Shown here: positions 1-13,939 of the stretch, piece by piece
Position numbering within the stretch: the first letter of the stretch is position 1
Layout of the letters: every line of letters begins with the position of its first letter
Assembly (NCBI GenBank): GCA_951406725.2
Contig: OX597819.1
Span: 135,346,001 to 135,410,000, forward strand
DNA length: 64,000 bases
From: Octopus vulgaris
Taxonomy: Eukaryota
Reading direction: 5' to 3'
Made by a program: the position numbers and the translations under genes
Notes under the pieces: model-generated
The model's input: only the letters and a program-made list of their open reading frames with translations
The model's database searches: none
Told to the model about the DNA's origin: nothing

Positions 1-572
1 TGTCTTTTCATTTTCTGGTTTTCCTTCTCCCTATCTCTCTTTTCTCTCTTTCGCTCGTTTTCTTTGTCTGTTGTTTCTTTCTTTCTCTATATCTTTTTCT
101 CTTTCTGTCGCTCTTTTTTCTTCTTCTCACTCTTTTGTTTTCTCTCTTCCTTTCTCTATTTCTCGTTTTCTTTTTCTCGTTCTTTCTTTCTCTCACTCTC
201 TTTCTTTTCTCTCTTTCTCTCTCCCTTTCTTCTTCTCTTTCTTCGTCTCGTTTCTTTTTCTCTCTCTCTTTCTTTTCTCGCTCTCTCGCTTTTTTCTCCT
301 TCTTTCTCCCTCTCGTTTTCTTTTTATCCTTCTTCCTCTCTCTCACACTTTCATTTCTCTCTTTCTTTCTTTCGTTTTCTTTTCTCTCTTTCTCTCTCGT
401 TTTCTTTTTCAATCTCATTCTCTTGATCTTTGCTCTCTTTCTTTCTCTCTCTCTTTCTCTGTTTCATTTCTCTTTTTGTCTTCTCTATAGTTCTCTCTCA
501 ATTTTCCTTTTCTTTCTTCTATTTTTCTCTTCCTCTCTTCGTTTTCTCTTTCTTTTTCTTTCTCTCTTCTAC
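1..572. repeat. Pyrimidine-rich (CT/CTTT) low-complexity tract
   Basis: Almost pure C/T sequence; the overlapping ORFs are F/S/L- or K/R/E-only artefacts. Confidence 0.95.
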
Positions 573-810
573 TTGTTTCAGTCATGAGGCTGCGGCCATG
601 CTGGGGCTCCTCCTCGATTTTGTCTTTTATGTGTGGTACCTTTTCTGTCTAATTAGCAGCAACCTATAGATCTCTTTTGCTTAAGGGATAAGTAACAGGG
701 ATGCAAATACACCAACACCGGTTATCAGTTAGCAGTTGAGGACACACACTAACATAGATACACATGCACACACACACAATCTCCACTCCAAAATACAGAC
801 ACATCTTGTC

Positions 811-878
<68 letters not shown>

Positions 879-924
879 CGTGTTAATATCACCCATAAGA
901 ATGTGTTTTATCTATTCACCAAAG

Positions 925-2330
925 TGAATGGAGCCTCGTCCCGGAGAAACCAATGTCGTCAGACGTTATCCTCGTCCATCGGATGTTTCGACTCTGAACC
1001 GTAACACCCTACCGTTGATGGGTCAACAGAGGTGGCCAATTCACTGCTCCTCAATTCCTCATGCCTTCCAGCGTTAAGCTTCTCTCTTACACCAAAGCCA
1101 GCAAAAGGCTCTTTCAGTTGCCTCTCCCATCATGCGCACAGCCACCCTTCCCTCCTTACCTCACATTCCAGTTGCTGTATAAATCCTCCATGCCGACTGG
1201 GCAAGGAATCCCCTACAGCCAACCGCGACTGGGAAAATCCATACCTGCCATCCCTTCTCCCTGCAATCCTGCAGAAGGCTCTTATATCTGTCACACTTCC
1301 ATTCATGGGCCTCGTTAGAACCGGCTCCCCACGGGACTGTTCGTTCAATTATGATAATTTTCTGGGCCTTTTCAGACCACAGGACCACATCAGGCCTCAG
1401 GGTTGTATGGACAACCTGGGGAAACTGCAATCTCTTCCCTAAGTCTACCTTCATATCCCATAGTTGAGACCCTTGCAGCAAGCTGTGTATTGCTTTTGCT
1501 GGCTTTACTGGTTTCTCTCACTCTTTCACGAACTTAATTGCGGCAGTTATCTTCCCTTGGTGATGATGTTTCTTACACCTTTACGGCTCCAGGGTGTGAG
1601 CAAGTATTTTTATCTGCCTTGAGAAAGAGTTATTCTGCACCTTGCCAAGATGTGTGCCAGTGTGCCCCTTTCTCACAAAGTCTACACAGCTGGTCTTCCC
1701 TCAAACCTTATCTGTGCTGGTTTGTTGGCGTCGGGAGTGTGTCATACACAGCTCCATGCAGGAAGGAGATGTGCAAAGGTTCCAGCCCCCATAGGTCAGT
1801 CCATGAGAGCTTCCTCTTAGGGAGATCCCATTTAGTCCATGCACTCAGAGATACCAACTCCACAGCTCTTGATTTCCTTTTATCTTCCTCCTGGTACCGC
1901 ACCGCTGTCTCGGTCATAGCCCGCCTCTCCTTGGTGTCTGCTTTCTTCTATTGTTGGAAATAGGAAGAGCCAAGTCCCTGGTGACCCCAACATGTAGCTC
2001 CAATTATAGCGCGTAGCTCCAGCACGCCTTCAGCCTGAGCGACACCGGTGCTAGTTACCCACAACTTGTGGTAATACCTGCCTGTCTGACAATCTTGTCC
2101 TTAGAGTCCCTCTACACCATTACATTACATTTTGCTACTTTAAATTTCTCCACTACAGATGACAGGGGAAATTGTAACTGTCCCGATTTTATGTACAGGC
2201 CTATTCAAGTAAAGCTTTGGGAACTCCTAGCCATTTTTGGGGGAAGGGGGTATTTATTTACCTTTCTCGCCACTCTGGTGGGTGACTACTTACCACAACA
2301 CCACCTCACAATAACTGAATATTTGATGCA
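925..2330 (-). mobile_element. Degenerate 3' part of an RLE-type non-LTR retrotransposon (HERO/NeSL-like)
   Basis: Minus-strand fragments LRPDVVLWSEKAQKIIIIERTVPW...HEWKCDRY...GWQVWIFPVAVGCRGF (PD-(D/E)xK restriction-like endonuclease) and WTKWDLPKRKLSWTDLW...AVYDTLPTPTN ahead of a decayed zinc knuckle. Multiple stops and frameshifts. Confidence 0.8.
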
Positions 2331-2349
2331 TCACCATTTCGCTTTTTTT

Positions 2350-3666
2350 ACTCATTTAATCTTTAATACGAGGCTTCTGCCAAACTCAGTTATATATTCT
2401 TGGAGTGCCATATATACATAAACTAATATAAAATGTTCCCACGGCCCCCTCACATTGGTGGTAGTGACCATTTTGAGAAGCCCTGCTCTATATTCCTGCA
2501 GACACTATCCCATCTATTGACTGCCATCCTGTTATTCTAACTTCCAATATTTCAATTATGAAGTAAAACATCATAAACAAAATCACCTTTGTCCCTTTAG
2601 GTGTCTTTCTAGATTCAATGAACACCAGTACAGTTTTATAAAGTGGGGTTTGATTCCTATGTGACACACCAGTGTTTTCATATATTTAAAAAATTCTGTA
2701 AAAAATGGTGTAGCCCTTGACACCAGTAAAACCTTCGAATTTGTATGGCAAGAGGACTTCTTTAAAAAGTCACCATCCATTTATCGGCTCCATCTGTCTC
2801 TCATCTCTTGGACTGACTAAATACTTCCCGCCAGAACACCCCATTGCAGTGTGTGATGGATTTCTTTCTCACTCAGATTCCATCAGTTCTGCCATGTCTC
2901 AATGTTTGGTAAAATATTTATAAAAATGTCGATGATGAGGATTAGAGAAAAGAGGTGAAGAAAGAAATGAAATATCATGGACAAATATATGTGGCTACTT
3001 TTCATATTGTGTATAAAACATTTCATATTGTGTATAAAATAATAAAGTCAAATTTGAGAAGGCAATAAACAGAACAACTTACTAATGTTGGATCCATTTT
3101 TACGAGACTTTCCACTCCTTCAATGTCACCATTCCTAATTTTCTGTTTGATATCCTCCATGTCTTTTGAATAAAATCAGTCAAAAAAGAAAGAAAACAAA
3201 ACAGTTTTTAAAAACTTATAAAATGAGTTAAACAACAAAAAACAGAAGTTGATGGTTCTAAAATCTTGCAAAAGATAACATTGATATTGTAAACTTCAGT
3301 TTATCTAAAGTATTGTTCATAGCTAAATGTTCTTCTTGACACTAATAAACCTAACAACAGTCATTGTGCTGTGTCTCTAGGTTAGCTACAATCCTCTGCT
3401 TACATCTTCAGCTATAAATCTGTGGATCATACCCCAGCTACGATGGGGGACACATTATATGAAAAATAAATTGATTCTCTAAAGAAAAGTAAATTTATGA
3501 AAACTTGTAAAGAATCAATGAAACAGAATTTGTACAATAAAACCTGTATTGATCTTTGATTTGATCTCACTTACTTTGCTAATATTTCGACAGACACTAT
3601 CAGCAAGATCTTACTTCATAGATTTTTGCAAATATCTTTAATACTATTTTATAATTATTTAATTAG

Positions 3667-3670
<4 letters not shown>
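2350..3670 (-). repeat. Old inverted segmental duplication matching ~50850-53620
   Basis: By eye, rc(2940-3080) matches 52480-52620, rc(2400-2915) matches 53027-53560, and rc(3380-3570) matches 50945-51200. Confidence 0.85.
3083..3160 (-). CDS. First coding exon of an ankyrin-repeat gene, paralogue of the 52.4-62.7 kb locus; the rest would lie left of the window
   Basis: AG|AC-ATG, then 78 nt open (MEDIKQKIRNGDIEGVESLVKMDPTL), then a GTAAGT donor. Exon and following intron align with 52403-52479 and its intron. Confidence 0.65.
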
Positions 3671-3740
<70 letters not shown>

Positions 3741-4667
3741 TAACATCATCATCATCATCATCACCACATACCGTCCACCTTCTATGCATTTAAGAGTAAG
3801 ATGGACGACAGGAGCTGTCCAGGTAGAAAAAACTACCCTGAGCTACTGTCTGTTTTATCAGGTATTTTACTACTGGATGCCCTTCCAAACGCCAACCAAC
3901 AGTTTTGTCCCACTATATGACACCTTGGGCAAGTACCTTCTTCTAAATTCCATGGTTGATGAAGGCTTCTTATTGGATTAAATAGAGATAATCTGAGAGA
4001 AGCCCATCGTACACCGCTGGACAAAATCTGAGGACCAGTGACAAAACTGCCAAAATGAAGTGTTTGTGTGTTTGTGTGTATGTGTGTACGTGTGCATACA
4101 TATATATGTATATGTATTTGTGTGTGTGTGTTTCCATTTGCTTTTACTGAAAATTGCTCAGGTATGAACGATTATCATTTTCCCTGTTAATAGACAAACC
4201 ATTGTAATAAGTGATCCCTTGAACAATAGGTAAGGGTTAATAACATGAAGGGGATCCAGATGCCAAAAGAATGGATCAATAATATACTCATACAACCCAT
4301 GGTAGTATGGAAAAAAGGTGTAAAATGATTGCTTTATATGCATAAACGTACATATATAAGTCTATGTATGTGTATACTCGTGTGCATGTGTGAGTAGCTG
4401 TATGGCATAGTGATCCGGGTGTTACCCTCACAATAGCTAGATCGTTGGTTTGATTCTTGCAATGCCCTTCCTTTCCCACAGCTTCCAAATGTTCGTCTGC
4501 TTTCCTAACCAGTGGAGTGGCATCATTCAAAACGTAAAACCATGCAAAGCACATTGTGACCAGTGATGCGTAACATCTGACAGTATCGTCGATCATGTGA
4601 CTACATGACTATATATATATGTATATATATATATGTATATATATATGTATATATGTATATGTATATA

Positions 4668-4721
<54 letters not shown>

Positions 4722-4725
4722 TGTG

Positions 4726-4774
<49 letters not shown>

Positions 4775-5217
4775 ATATATATATAAGTGTGTGTGTCTAT
4801 ATGAGTGTGTGTACTTAAGGTTAGAATTTAAAATTATTTCTTGTGAAGAGTATCGACTTGTAACCTTTAATTAAGATCTTAATACATAAGCATTACCATA
4901 GATGTTTAATGAATACATTTGTGTTCACTACACACCGAGACAAAGGCCAGATGACTGCTCGTATATATTATACACACACATACATACATGCGCATAGCAG
5001 ACTTAATAACATAGGCTAAGAGAAGAATAAGAGAGGGAGGAAATGGAGGAAGCGGAGGCATTGAAATAAACACTGGGTTTACAATTCGAAGTTCGGAAGT
5101 GGGGAAGTTGTAAAGATAATTTATGGACAGGTGAGAAAGAAAGCTAATACAGTAAAAGGAGTGGGAGGGAGTTACAGTTACAGATAATAAATACATGAAA
5201 CTTGACTTTATCACTTT

Positions 5218-5259
<42 letters not shown>

Positions 5260-5302
5260 CACACGTATTAAGTTTTAAGTTATAGACACACATTAATTTA
5301 AA

Positions 5303-5493
5303 GGGTACTACCTAAGACGAGTGGTCCCGGTGCGCGCAATCGCGTACTAGCGCCTCCGAGCTAGCTAATCGTTGTGTTTCATTTACTTTGCTAGGTAGTC
5401 GTTGTAGGATCGACTAGTCACGACTATCTAGCGCGGTTGCGCGAGTAAACGAGTGCGCGCACCAGGACCACTCTTCTTAAATAAATGGTATCC
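5303..5493. mobile_element. Short inverted-repeat element (MITE-like); partial copies at ~10230-10385, 21520-21670, 24045-24195 and 49765-49952
   Basis: GGGTACTAC..GAGTGGTCCCGGTGCGCGC at the left end and GCGCGCACCAGGACCACTC at the right end; the 49.9-kb copy ends GTAGTACCC. Confidence 0.6.
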
Positions 5494-5910
5494 AGTTTTC
5501 ACAGCGGAGAAATCCACCCTTGTTATAACATATACACAAAACCCTACCATTTCAGGCTGACTTAACAGAGACCCTATTCTGTGTTACCTCCATATCTGTC
5601 CCCCACAAAGCGGCCACGCCCTTGTAAGTTTCATAACGAAAAACAAAAACATTAATTTCCTGATCTCATAATTGGATCACGCATATTTACGATAATTAAT
5701 ATCGTATCATTAATTTATAGACACACAGACAGAGTTAAAGAAGGAAGGATGCTCATTGAAGCGTTAAATGGCCCCAAAGACAATTAAAATGCCTTACCTC
5801 AGTTTAGTTTGAAACGGTAGCTACGTATCCGGGGTCTCAATAAATTTCAAATTTTCAGTTGCCGGATTTAAGTTCGATGGCAAGTAAGCGGAGATAACTC
5901 TCGAAATATA

Positions 5911-6200
5911 GGCGGGGTTGTGGTATGTGTAAAGTAGCTTGAGTACCAAGCACATGGTTCCGGGTTCAGTCCCACTGCGTGGCACCTTGGGTGAGTGTCT
6001 TCTACTCTAGCCTCGGCCGACCAAAGCCTTGTGAGTGGATCTGGTAGACGGAAACTGAAGGAAGCCCTATCGTAAATATGTACATGTTTGGCCCGAGGCT
6101 ATAGTAGAAAACACTTGCCCAAGCTGCCACACAGTGGGACTGATCTCGGAACCAGGTGGTTGGTAAGCAAGCTACTTACCACTCAGCCACTCCAACGCCT
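5911..6200. mobile_element. Inverted pair of tRNA-derived SINE 5' halves (duplicated at 10800-11090)
   Basis: GGTTCCGGGTTCAGTCCCACTGCGTGGCACCTTGGG on +, followed by its reverse complement. Confidence 0.85.
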
Positions 6201-6330
6201 ACAGTCTCAAAGACTGAAAATTATTTTAGAATTCTCTATCTTATATTTTCCTTACACGCCCCCATATATAGATATGTATATATGATTGATTGATTCTAGT
6301 TTCAGCTTATGAGCTGTGGCCATGCTGGGG

Positions 6331-6388
<58 letters not shown>

Positions 6389-6707
6389 ACCTTTTAGCTG
6401 AAGGCAGAGATTTATTGTATAGATTAAATTAAAGTATATGAAAAAGACAGGGTTTATATTTTCTATGTCAGGAAAAATTGATTCACAAATATTGAATTTC
6501 CTTGAAATATAAAAATCCAAAACATTTTCTTTCTTTCAAATATATCAATTATTTTTGAGATTCTTTAAAAACATATAAACATTCTCTTGTAAACATACTT
6601 GAAATCTTGGACACAATTATTATTGTTTATAAAATGATTTGAGAAAACCAAGTCAACTGTGAATATAAAAGTATATATGTTCGTGTTCATGCAAGCATGC
6701 ATGTATA

Positions 6708-6743
<36 letters not shown>

Positions 6744-8562
6744 TGTATGTATGTATGTATGTATGTATGTATGTATGTATGTATGAATGAATGTATGTAT
6801 GTATGTATGAATGTATGTATGTTTGTATGTATATACGTATGTATGTGAAGTATATAAATATTTATATAATGAGGAAGCTATAAAAATATACAATATATAA
6901 AAATTAGTGAGAAAACGGCAGATATACAGTAAATATATAATTACACATTTATTGGATGGCTGTTGATTCTCAAGAGTTCCTCCGCCCTTTAACGGGTTTT
7001 GTTTCTCTTGTCCAATAAACACCCTCCTCACCAAGCAAGCTAGGTGTACGTATGTATGTATGTTTAGAAAAGCCATCATTGAAGCATGCTGTAAATGTGT
7101 TAGTACTTGATAAACTTGCTACATTTCCGAATATAGCAGTTCCACAAATAGATACACTTAAAATATGCATTAGACTAAGAGAGAAAACCTGGGGTTCATA
7201 TGATCGATCGAACATACCAAATTAATGCTCCTGGATGGCCACGCTTCAATGATTAAAACATCTAACTCACATATTATACAGCTTGAAATCTCTCCACTGC
7301 CACCACCATTTAGTCTGTTAATTTATATCCATCTACAAATGTCACACTCACCCTTCAATTATTATTCATGTCTTTCTTTCTCATCTACAATCTACACTTT
7401 TACATAATTATTTCCATTTCTCTTTCAATTTACTGGACAATTCCAATATTTCGAAATTTAACAAATTATGATAGATTATTTTTTTCAAATACAATACTTA
7501 AATGTAATCTATAAAACTATAATCTTTTAAAACTTAATTGTATGTTTAACTTAAGTTAATTCTTATCCAGTAACACTATGGCCAAATGCGTTCTAACCAT
7601 GACCTTCCCATATTCTTTATTACCTAATATGTTTACCTTTCGCTGCATTTTACAGACTCCATTGTAGATTCATATTACTGTTTATAATTATTCAAATGTT
7701 AAAATCGAAATAAAATCATTTAAAAAATTTCATTGATTGAAAGACAAAAGAGACAATATTAGTAGAGTTGTTATTGGCATTAATATGACTCTTTGTACAC
7801 TGGGTTCAAATCCTGCTAAGGTCAATTTTTATTTTTATTATGAAAGTGTTGGTAAATAAAATACCAGTCTGAAGTGGTGGCCTTCTGGAATTAGATATTG
7901 GACGCGATGCCTTGCAGTATTTAATGTAGACCTATATTTTATGAGTTGAAATACCTATATTAATGTAGACCTATAATTTATCAGTTGAAATGCGTGGATG
8001 GTAAAATTTTCGCTGACTAAGCTTTGTAAAAAAGAAGTTATGAAAAAACAATTTTTAAAAATTTCACTCGGGAATTGGAAATCCAGTGTTAACTACATAA
8101 AATATTGTATCATTAGATGAACATTTCCAGTTTTTTAATTACCATCAAATAGATTTTACAAAGATATAACCAAATTATATTTTATATTATATTCTGGAAA
8201 TGAAGAGTTTCTTTACTTATAATATAACACCATAAAATGTTTAAAATGGTGTGTGTGAAAAGAAAACAAATTTCTATGAATCAGTATATTTACGTTTGAA
8301 ATAGTTGTAATGAATATTTAACGATGTAAATGTGTTAGTAATTTGTGTGTTAAACAAATATATATGAAAAGAAAATTATTTACCAAATTCGAATATTATG
8401 TTCTGATTCGGGTTGAAGTCTTTCTATCTGAGAAAAATTCAGCGTCCGCCTTGTTCAAACGACGTTGAAAATGTGACACTACCAACAGTTAGAAGGAAAC
8501 TTCTAATGAATCAGGATGTAGTAGGCACGACCTCCTCATGTATATGTGTGTCTGTATGTGTC

Positions 8563-8675
<113 letters not shown>

Positions 8676-8884
8676 TCTGTCAGCCCTTCACCTTAATTAT
8701 GATGATGACTAATTATGGCAAATACAGGATTCTGTTTCAGCACAAACATTGTAATTATCTCTTTAATTACTAACCAAACAGAAATAGCAGCTTGACAATC
8801 CCGTATATGCATAATGCATATATAGTTTTATTCATGTGTGTATATCATTCTATATATCAATATTTCAAAATGTATATATACATG

Positions 8885-9018
<134 letters not shown>

Positions 9019-9065
9019 TATATGAATAGAGAGAGATTGATTGCTAGATAGATAGAAAGATAGAT

Positions 9066-9105
<40 letters not shown>

Positions 9106-9863
9106 CATGCGTTAGTGTGTGCTAAAATATTGGTTCGTTTCTTGTTAAATAAATAACATTGTATTTCTGAGATACAAAGTTTATCCACCTATCCTTTGCT
9201 TAACAACCACTTGAGTTTACAGGCAAACACATCATGTGTGTGTGTGTGTCTGTGTGTTTCTAATACTCAGTGCAGATGGCATCCGTTTGATAGCAGTTCG
9301 TGGAATTTTAAATTTCGGATTTTGTTTTTCCCTCTTAAGTGCTTACACTCCAAATTTGACCAACTGGTGGATGCTGATAACTATTCCATCGACAAGTTCT
9401 GGCCATTTGAAGTGTTTTGTTTTTCTAAACAATTGTTTTCAAGTATTTTTATATTTTTCAGTATAAAACTGAATACATCCACCCCACCCCCGTCACTACC
9501 ATTATAGTTGTCATCACTATCATCAACATCATCGTGTCATTACATGAATTATTAATTATTATTAATATTTCCCGTTCATTAAAAGTTTTTCCAGTATTAT
9601 GCAAATTTTATTCTAGTTAATATATATTTCAATTGTTAAAAGGCAAATTTACAACAGTTACAGCGTGGTGAGAATTCTCTCTTCACGTAAAAGTATATAA
9701 AAACGCTATTTCTGTCCAGTGCCAGAATCACAGACGTTGATGTTTCTAGCACCTTCGCTGTTGAGATGGCGGCACTGGACACATATGTTGATTCAATACC
9801 TATTCACCTTGTCGTTCAGCAGTGGAAATATATCAGAAACATATTTCAACTAACCAAGATACA

Positions 9864-9932
<69 letters not shown>

Positions 9933-11374
9933 AATATATATATATTAAAATTAAAATGGCGGTGCCCCAGCATGGCCACAGCTCGTGACCTGAAACTAGA
10001 ATCAATCAACCGATCATATATATATATGTGTGTGTGTATGTAACATATATATATATATATTCGTGCAAGTACCACTGATGCTATATTCATGGTAAGGCAG
10101 CTGCAGGAGAAATTCCTAGCCAAAGATAAGCCCCTGTACCTGGCTTTTGTTGACATGGAGAAAGCCTGCGACAGGGTCCCCGATCCATTTATTATGGTCA
10201 ATGAGGAAACTAAGGTAGATGTATGGTTAATCGTGACTAGTAGATCATTACTTTGTGTTTTTGTGTTTCATTTACTTTCTTAGGTAGTCGTTGTAGGATC
10301 GACTAGTCACGACTAGCTAGCGCGTTTGCGCGAGTAAACGAGGGTGCGCACCAGGACCACTCTTCTTAAATAAATGGTATCCAGATTCCACAGCGCAGAA
10401 ATCCACCCTTGTTAAAACATATACACAAAACCCTACCATTTCAGGCTGACTTAACAGAGATCCTACTCTGTGTAACCTACATCTCTGTCACCCACAAAGC
10501 GGCCACGCCCTTGTAAGTTTCATAACGAAAAACAAAAACATTAATTTCCTGATCTCATAATTGGATCAAGCACATTTACGATAATTAATATCGTATCATT
10601 AATTTATAGACATACAGACAGATTTTAAGATTAAAGGATGTTCATTCAAGCGTTAAATGGCCCCAAAGACAATTAAAATGCCTTACCTCAGTTTAGGTTG
10701 AAACAGTAGCAACGTATTCGGGGTCCCGATTAATTTCTAATTTTCTATTACCGGATTTAAGTTCGATGGCAAGTAAGCGGAGATAACTCTTGAAATATAG
10801 GCGGGGTTGGGGTATGTGTTAAGTAGCTTGCGTCCCAAGAACATGGTTCCGGGTTCAGTCCCACTGCGTGGCACCTTGGGAGAGTAACTTCTACTATAGC
10901 TTCGGCTGACCAAAGCCTTGTGAGTGGATCTGGTAGACGGAAACTGAAAGAAGCCCCGTCGTAAATATGTACATGTTTGGCCCGAGGCTATAGTAGAAAA
11001 CACTTGCCCAAGCTGCCACACAGTGGGACTGATCTCGGAACCAGGTGGTTGGTAAGCAAGCTACTTACCACTCAGCCACTCCTACGTCTACAGTCTCAAA
11101 CCTGAAAATTATTTTAGAATTCTCTATCTTATATTTTCCTTACACGTCCTCATAAATATATATATATATATTACGGAGACGTACTCGCATAGAAAGTGAT
11201 TTGATCTGAGATCGTGTGCTGAAACGAAAACAATTGCAGCGTGGAAGGTGTTTGTAAGCCATTTAAGAAACACACAAAAGCCGTTCGATTCACTTCAACA
11301 TTTAAGTTTAATTTGTCAAAATATTTTAGGCGCTAAGATCCGCGACCTGTTCACTGACAAAAATCCGTGCTGCA

Positions 11375-11709
11375 TACATGTATGTATGTATGTTTGTATG
11401 TATGTATGTATGTATGTATGTATGTATGTATGTATGTATGTATGTATGTATGTATGTGTGTTTGTATGTATGTATGTATGCATGTATGTATGTATCTATG
11501 TATGTGTGTTTGTATGTATGTATGTATGTATGTATGCATGTATGCATGTATGTATGTATGTATGTATGTATGTACGTATGTATGTTTGTATGTATGTATG
11601 TATGTATGTATGTATGTACGTATGTATGTATGTATGTATGTTTGTATGTATGTATGTATGTACGTATGTATATGTGCGTATATGTATGTATGTATATATG
11701 TTCGTGTTC

Positions 11710-11741
<32 letters not shown>

Positions 11742-12080
11742 TTGTTTGTATGTATGTATGTTTGCATGTATGTATGTATGTATGTATGTATGTATGTATG
11801 TATGTATGTATGTATGTATGTATGTATGTATGCATTTATGAATGTATGCAGGCATGCATGCATGTATGTATGTATGTATGTATGCATGCATGTATGTATG
11901 TATGGATGTATGTTTGTATGTATGTATGTATGCATGTATGTATGCATATATGCATGTATGCATGTATTTATGTATGTATGTATGCATGTATGTATGTATG
12001 TATGTTTGTATGTATGTATATATGTATGTATGTATGTATGTACGTATGAATATATGTCTGTATGTATGTATGTATGTATG
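11375..12080. repeat. (TATG)n microsatellite, expanded in duplication copy 2
   Basis: About 700 bp, versus about 130 bp at the equivalent site in copy 1 (6715-6845). Confidence 0.95.
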
Positions 12081-13785
12081 TAAAGCATATAAAAATTTAT
12101 ATAATGAGCAAACTATAAAAATATTCTATATATAAAAATTAGTGAGAAAACGGCAGATATACAGTAAAAATATAATTACACATTTATTGGATGGCTGCTG
12201 ATTCTCAAGAGTTCCTCCGCCCTTTAACGGGTTTTGTTTTTCATGTCCAACAAACACCCTCCTCACCAAGCAAGCTAGGTGTACGTATGTATGTATGTTT
12301 AGAAAAGCCATCATTGAAGCATGCTGTAAATGTGTTAGTACCTGATAAACTTGCTACATTTCCGAATATAGCAGTTCCACAAATAGATACACTTAAAATA
12401 TGCGTTAGACTAAGAGAGAAATCCTGGGGTCCATATGATCGATCGAACATACCAAATTAATGCTCCTGGATGGCCACGCTTCAATGATTAAAACATCTAA
12501 CTCACATATTATACAGCTTGAAATCTCTCCACTGCCACCACCATTTAGTCTGTTAATTTATATCCATCTACAAATGTCACACTCACCCTTCAATTATTAT
12601 TCATGTCTTTCTTTCTCATCTACAATCTACACTTTTACATAATTATTTCCATTTCTCTTTCAATTTACTGGACAATTCCAATATTTCGAAATTTAACAAA
12701 TTATGATAGATTATTTTTTTCAAATACAATACTTAAATGTAATCTATAAAACTATAATCTTTTTAAACTTAATTGTATGTTTAACTTAAGTTAATTCTTA
12801 TCCAGTAACACTATGGCCAAATGCGTTCTAACCATGACCTTCCCATATTCTTTATAATCTAATATGTTTACCTTTCGTTGCATTTTATAGACTCCATTGT
12901 AGATTCATATTACTGTTTATAATTATTCAAATTATAAAATTGAAATAAAATCATTTAAAAAATTTCATTGATTGAAAGACGAAAGAGATAAAATTAGTAG
13001 AGTTGTTATTGGTATTAATGTAGCTCTTTGTACACTGGGTTCAAATCTTGCTAAGGTCAATACCAGTCTGAAGTGGTGGTCTTCTGGAATTAGATATTGG
13101 ACGCGATGCCTTGCAGTATTTAATGTAGACCTATATTTTATGAGTTGAAATCCCTATATTAATGTACACCTATATTTTATGAGTTGAAATGCGTGGATGG
13201 TAAAATTTTCGCTGACTAAGCTTTGAAAAAAAGAAGTTATCAAAAAACAATTTTTTAAATTTCAGTCGAGAGTTAGAAATCCAGTGTTAACTACCTAAAA
13301 TATTGTATCATTAGATGAACATTTCCAGTTTTTTAATTACCATCAAATAGATTTTACAATTATATAACCAAATTATTTTTCATTTTATATTCTGGAAATG
13401 AAGAGTTTCTTTACTTATAATATAACACCATAAAATGTTTCAAATGGTGTGTGTGAAAAGAAAACAAATTCCTATGAAACAGTATATTTACGTTTGAAAT
13501 AGTTGTAATGAATATTTAACGATGGAAATGTGTTAGTAATTTGTGTGTTAAACAAATATATATGAAAAGAAAATTATTTACCAAATTCGAATATTATGTT
13601 CTGATTCGGGTTGAAGTCTTTCTATCTGAGAAAAATTCAGCGTCCGCCTTGTTCAAACGACGATGAAAATGTGACACTACCAACAGTTAGAAGGAAACTT
13701 CTAATGAATCAGGAAGTAGTAGGCACGACCTCCTCATGTATATGTGTGTCTGTATGTGTCTATATATACACACACGCACACACAC

Positions 13786-13840
<55 letters not shown>

Positions 13841-13939
13841 GTAATATATATATCTATAGACATATATATATACATATATATATATTTATATATATAATAA
13901 TATATATATAGAGAGATTTGTATATATCTATATATTCTT

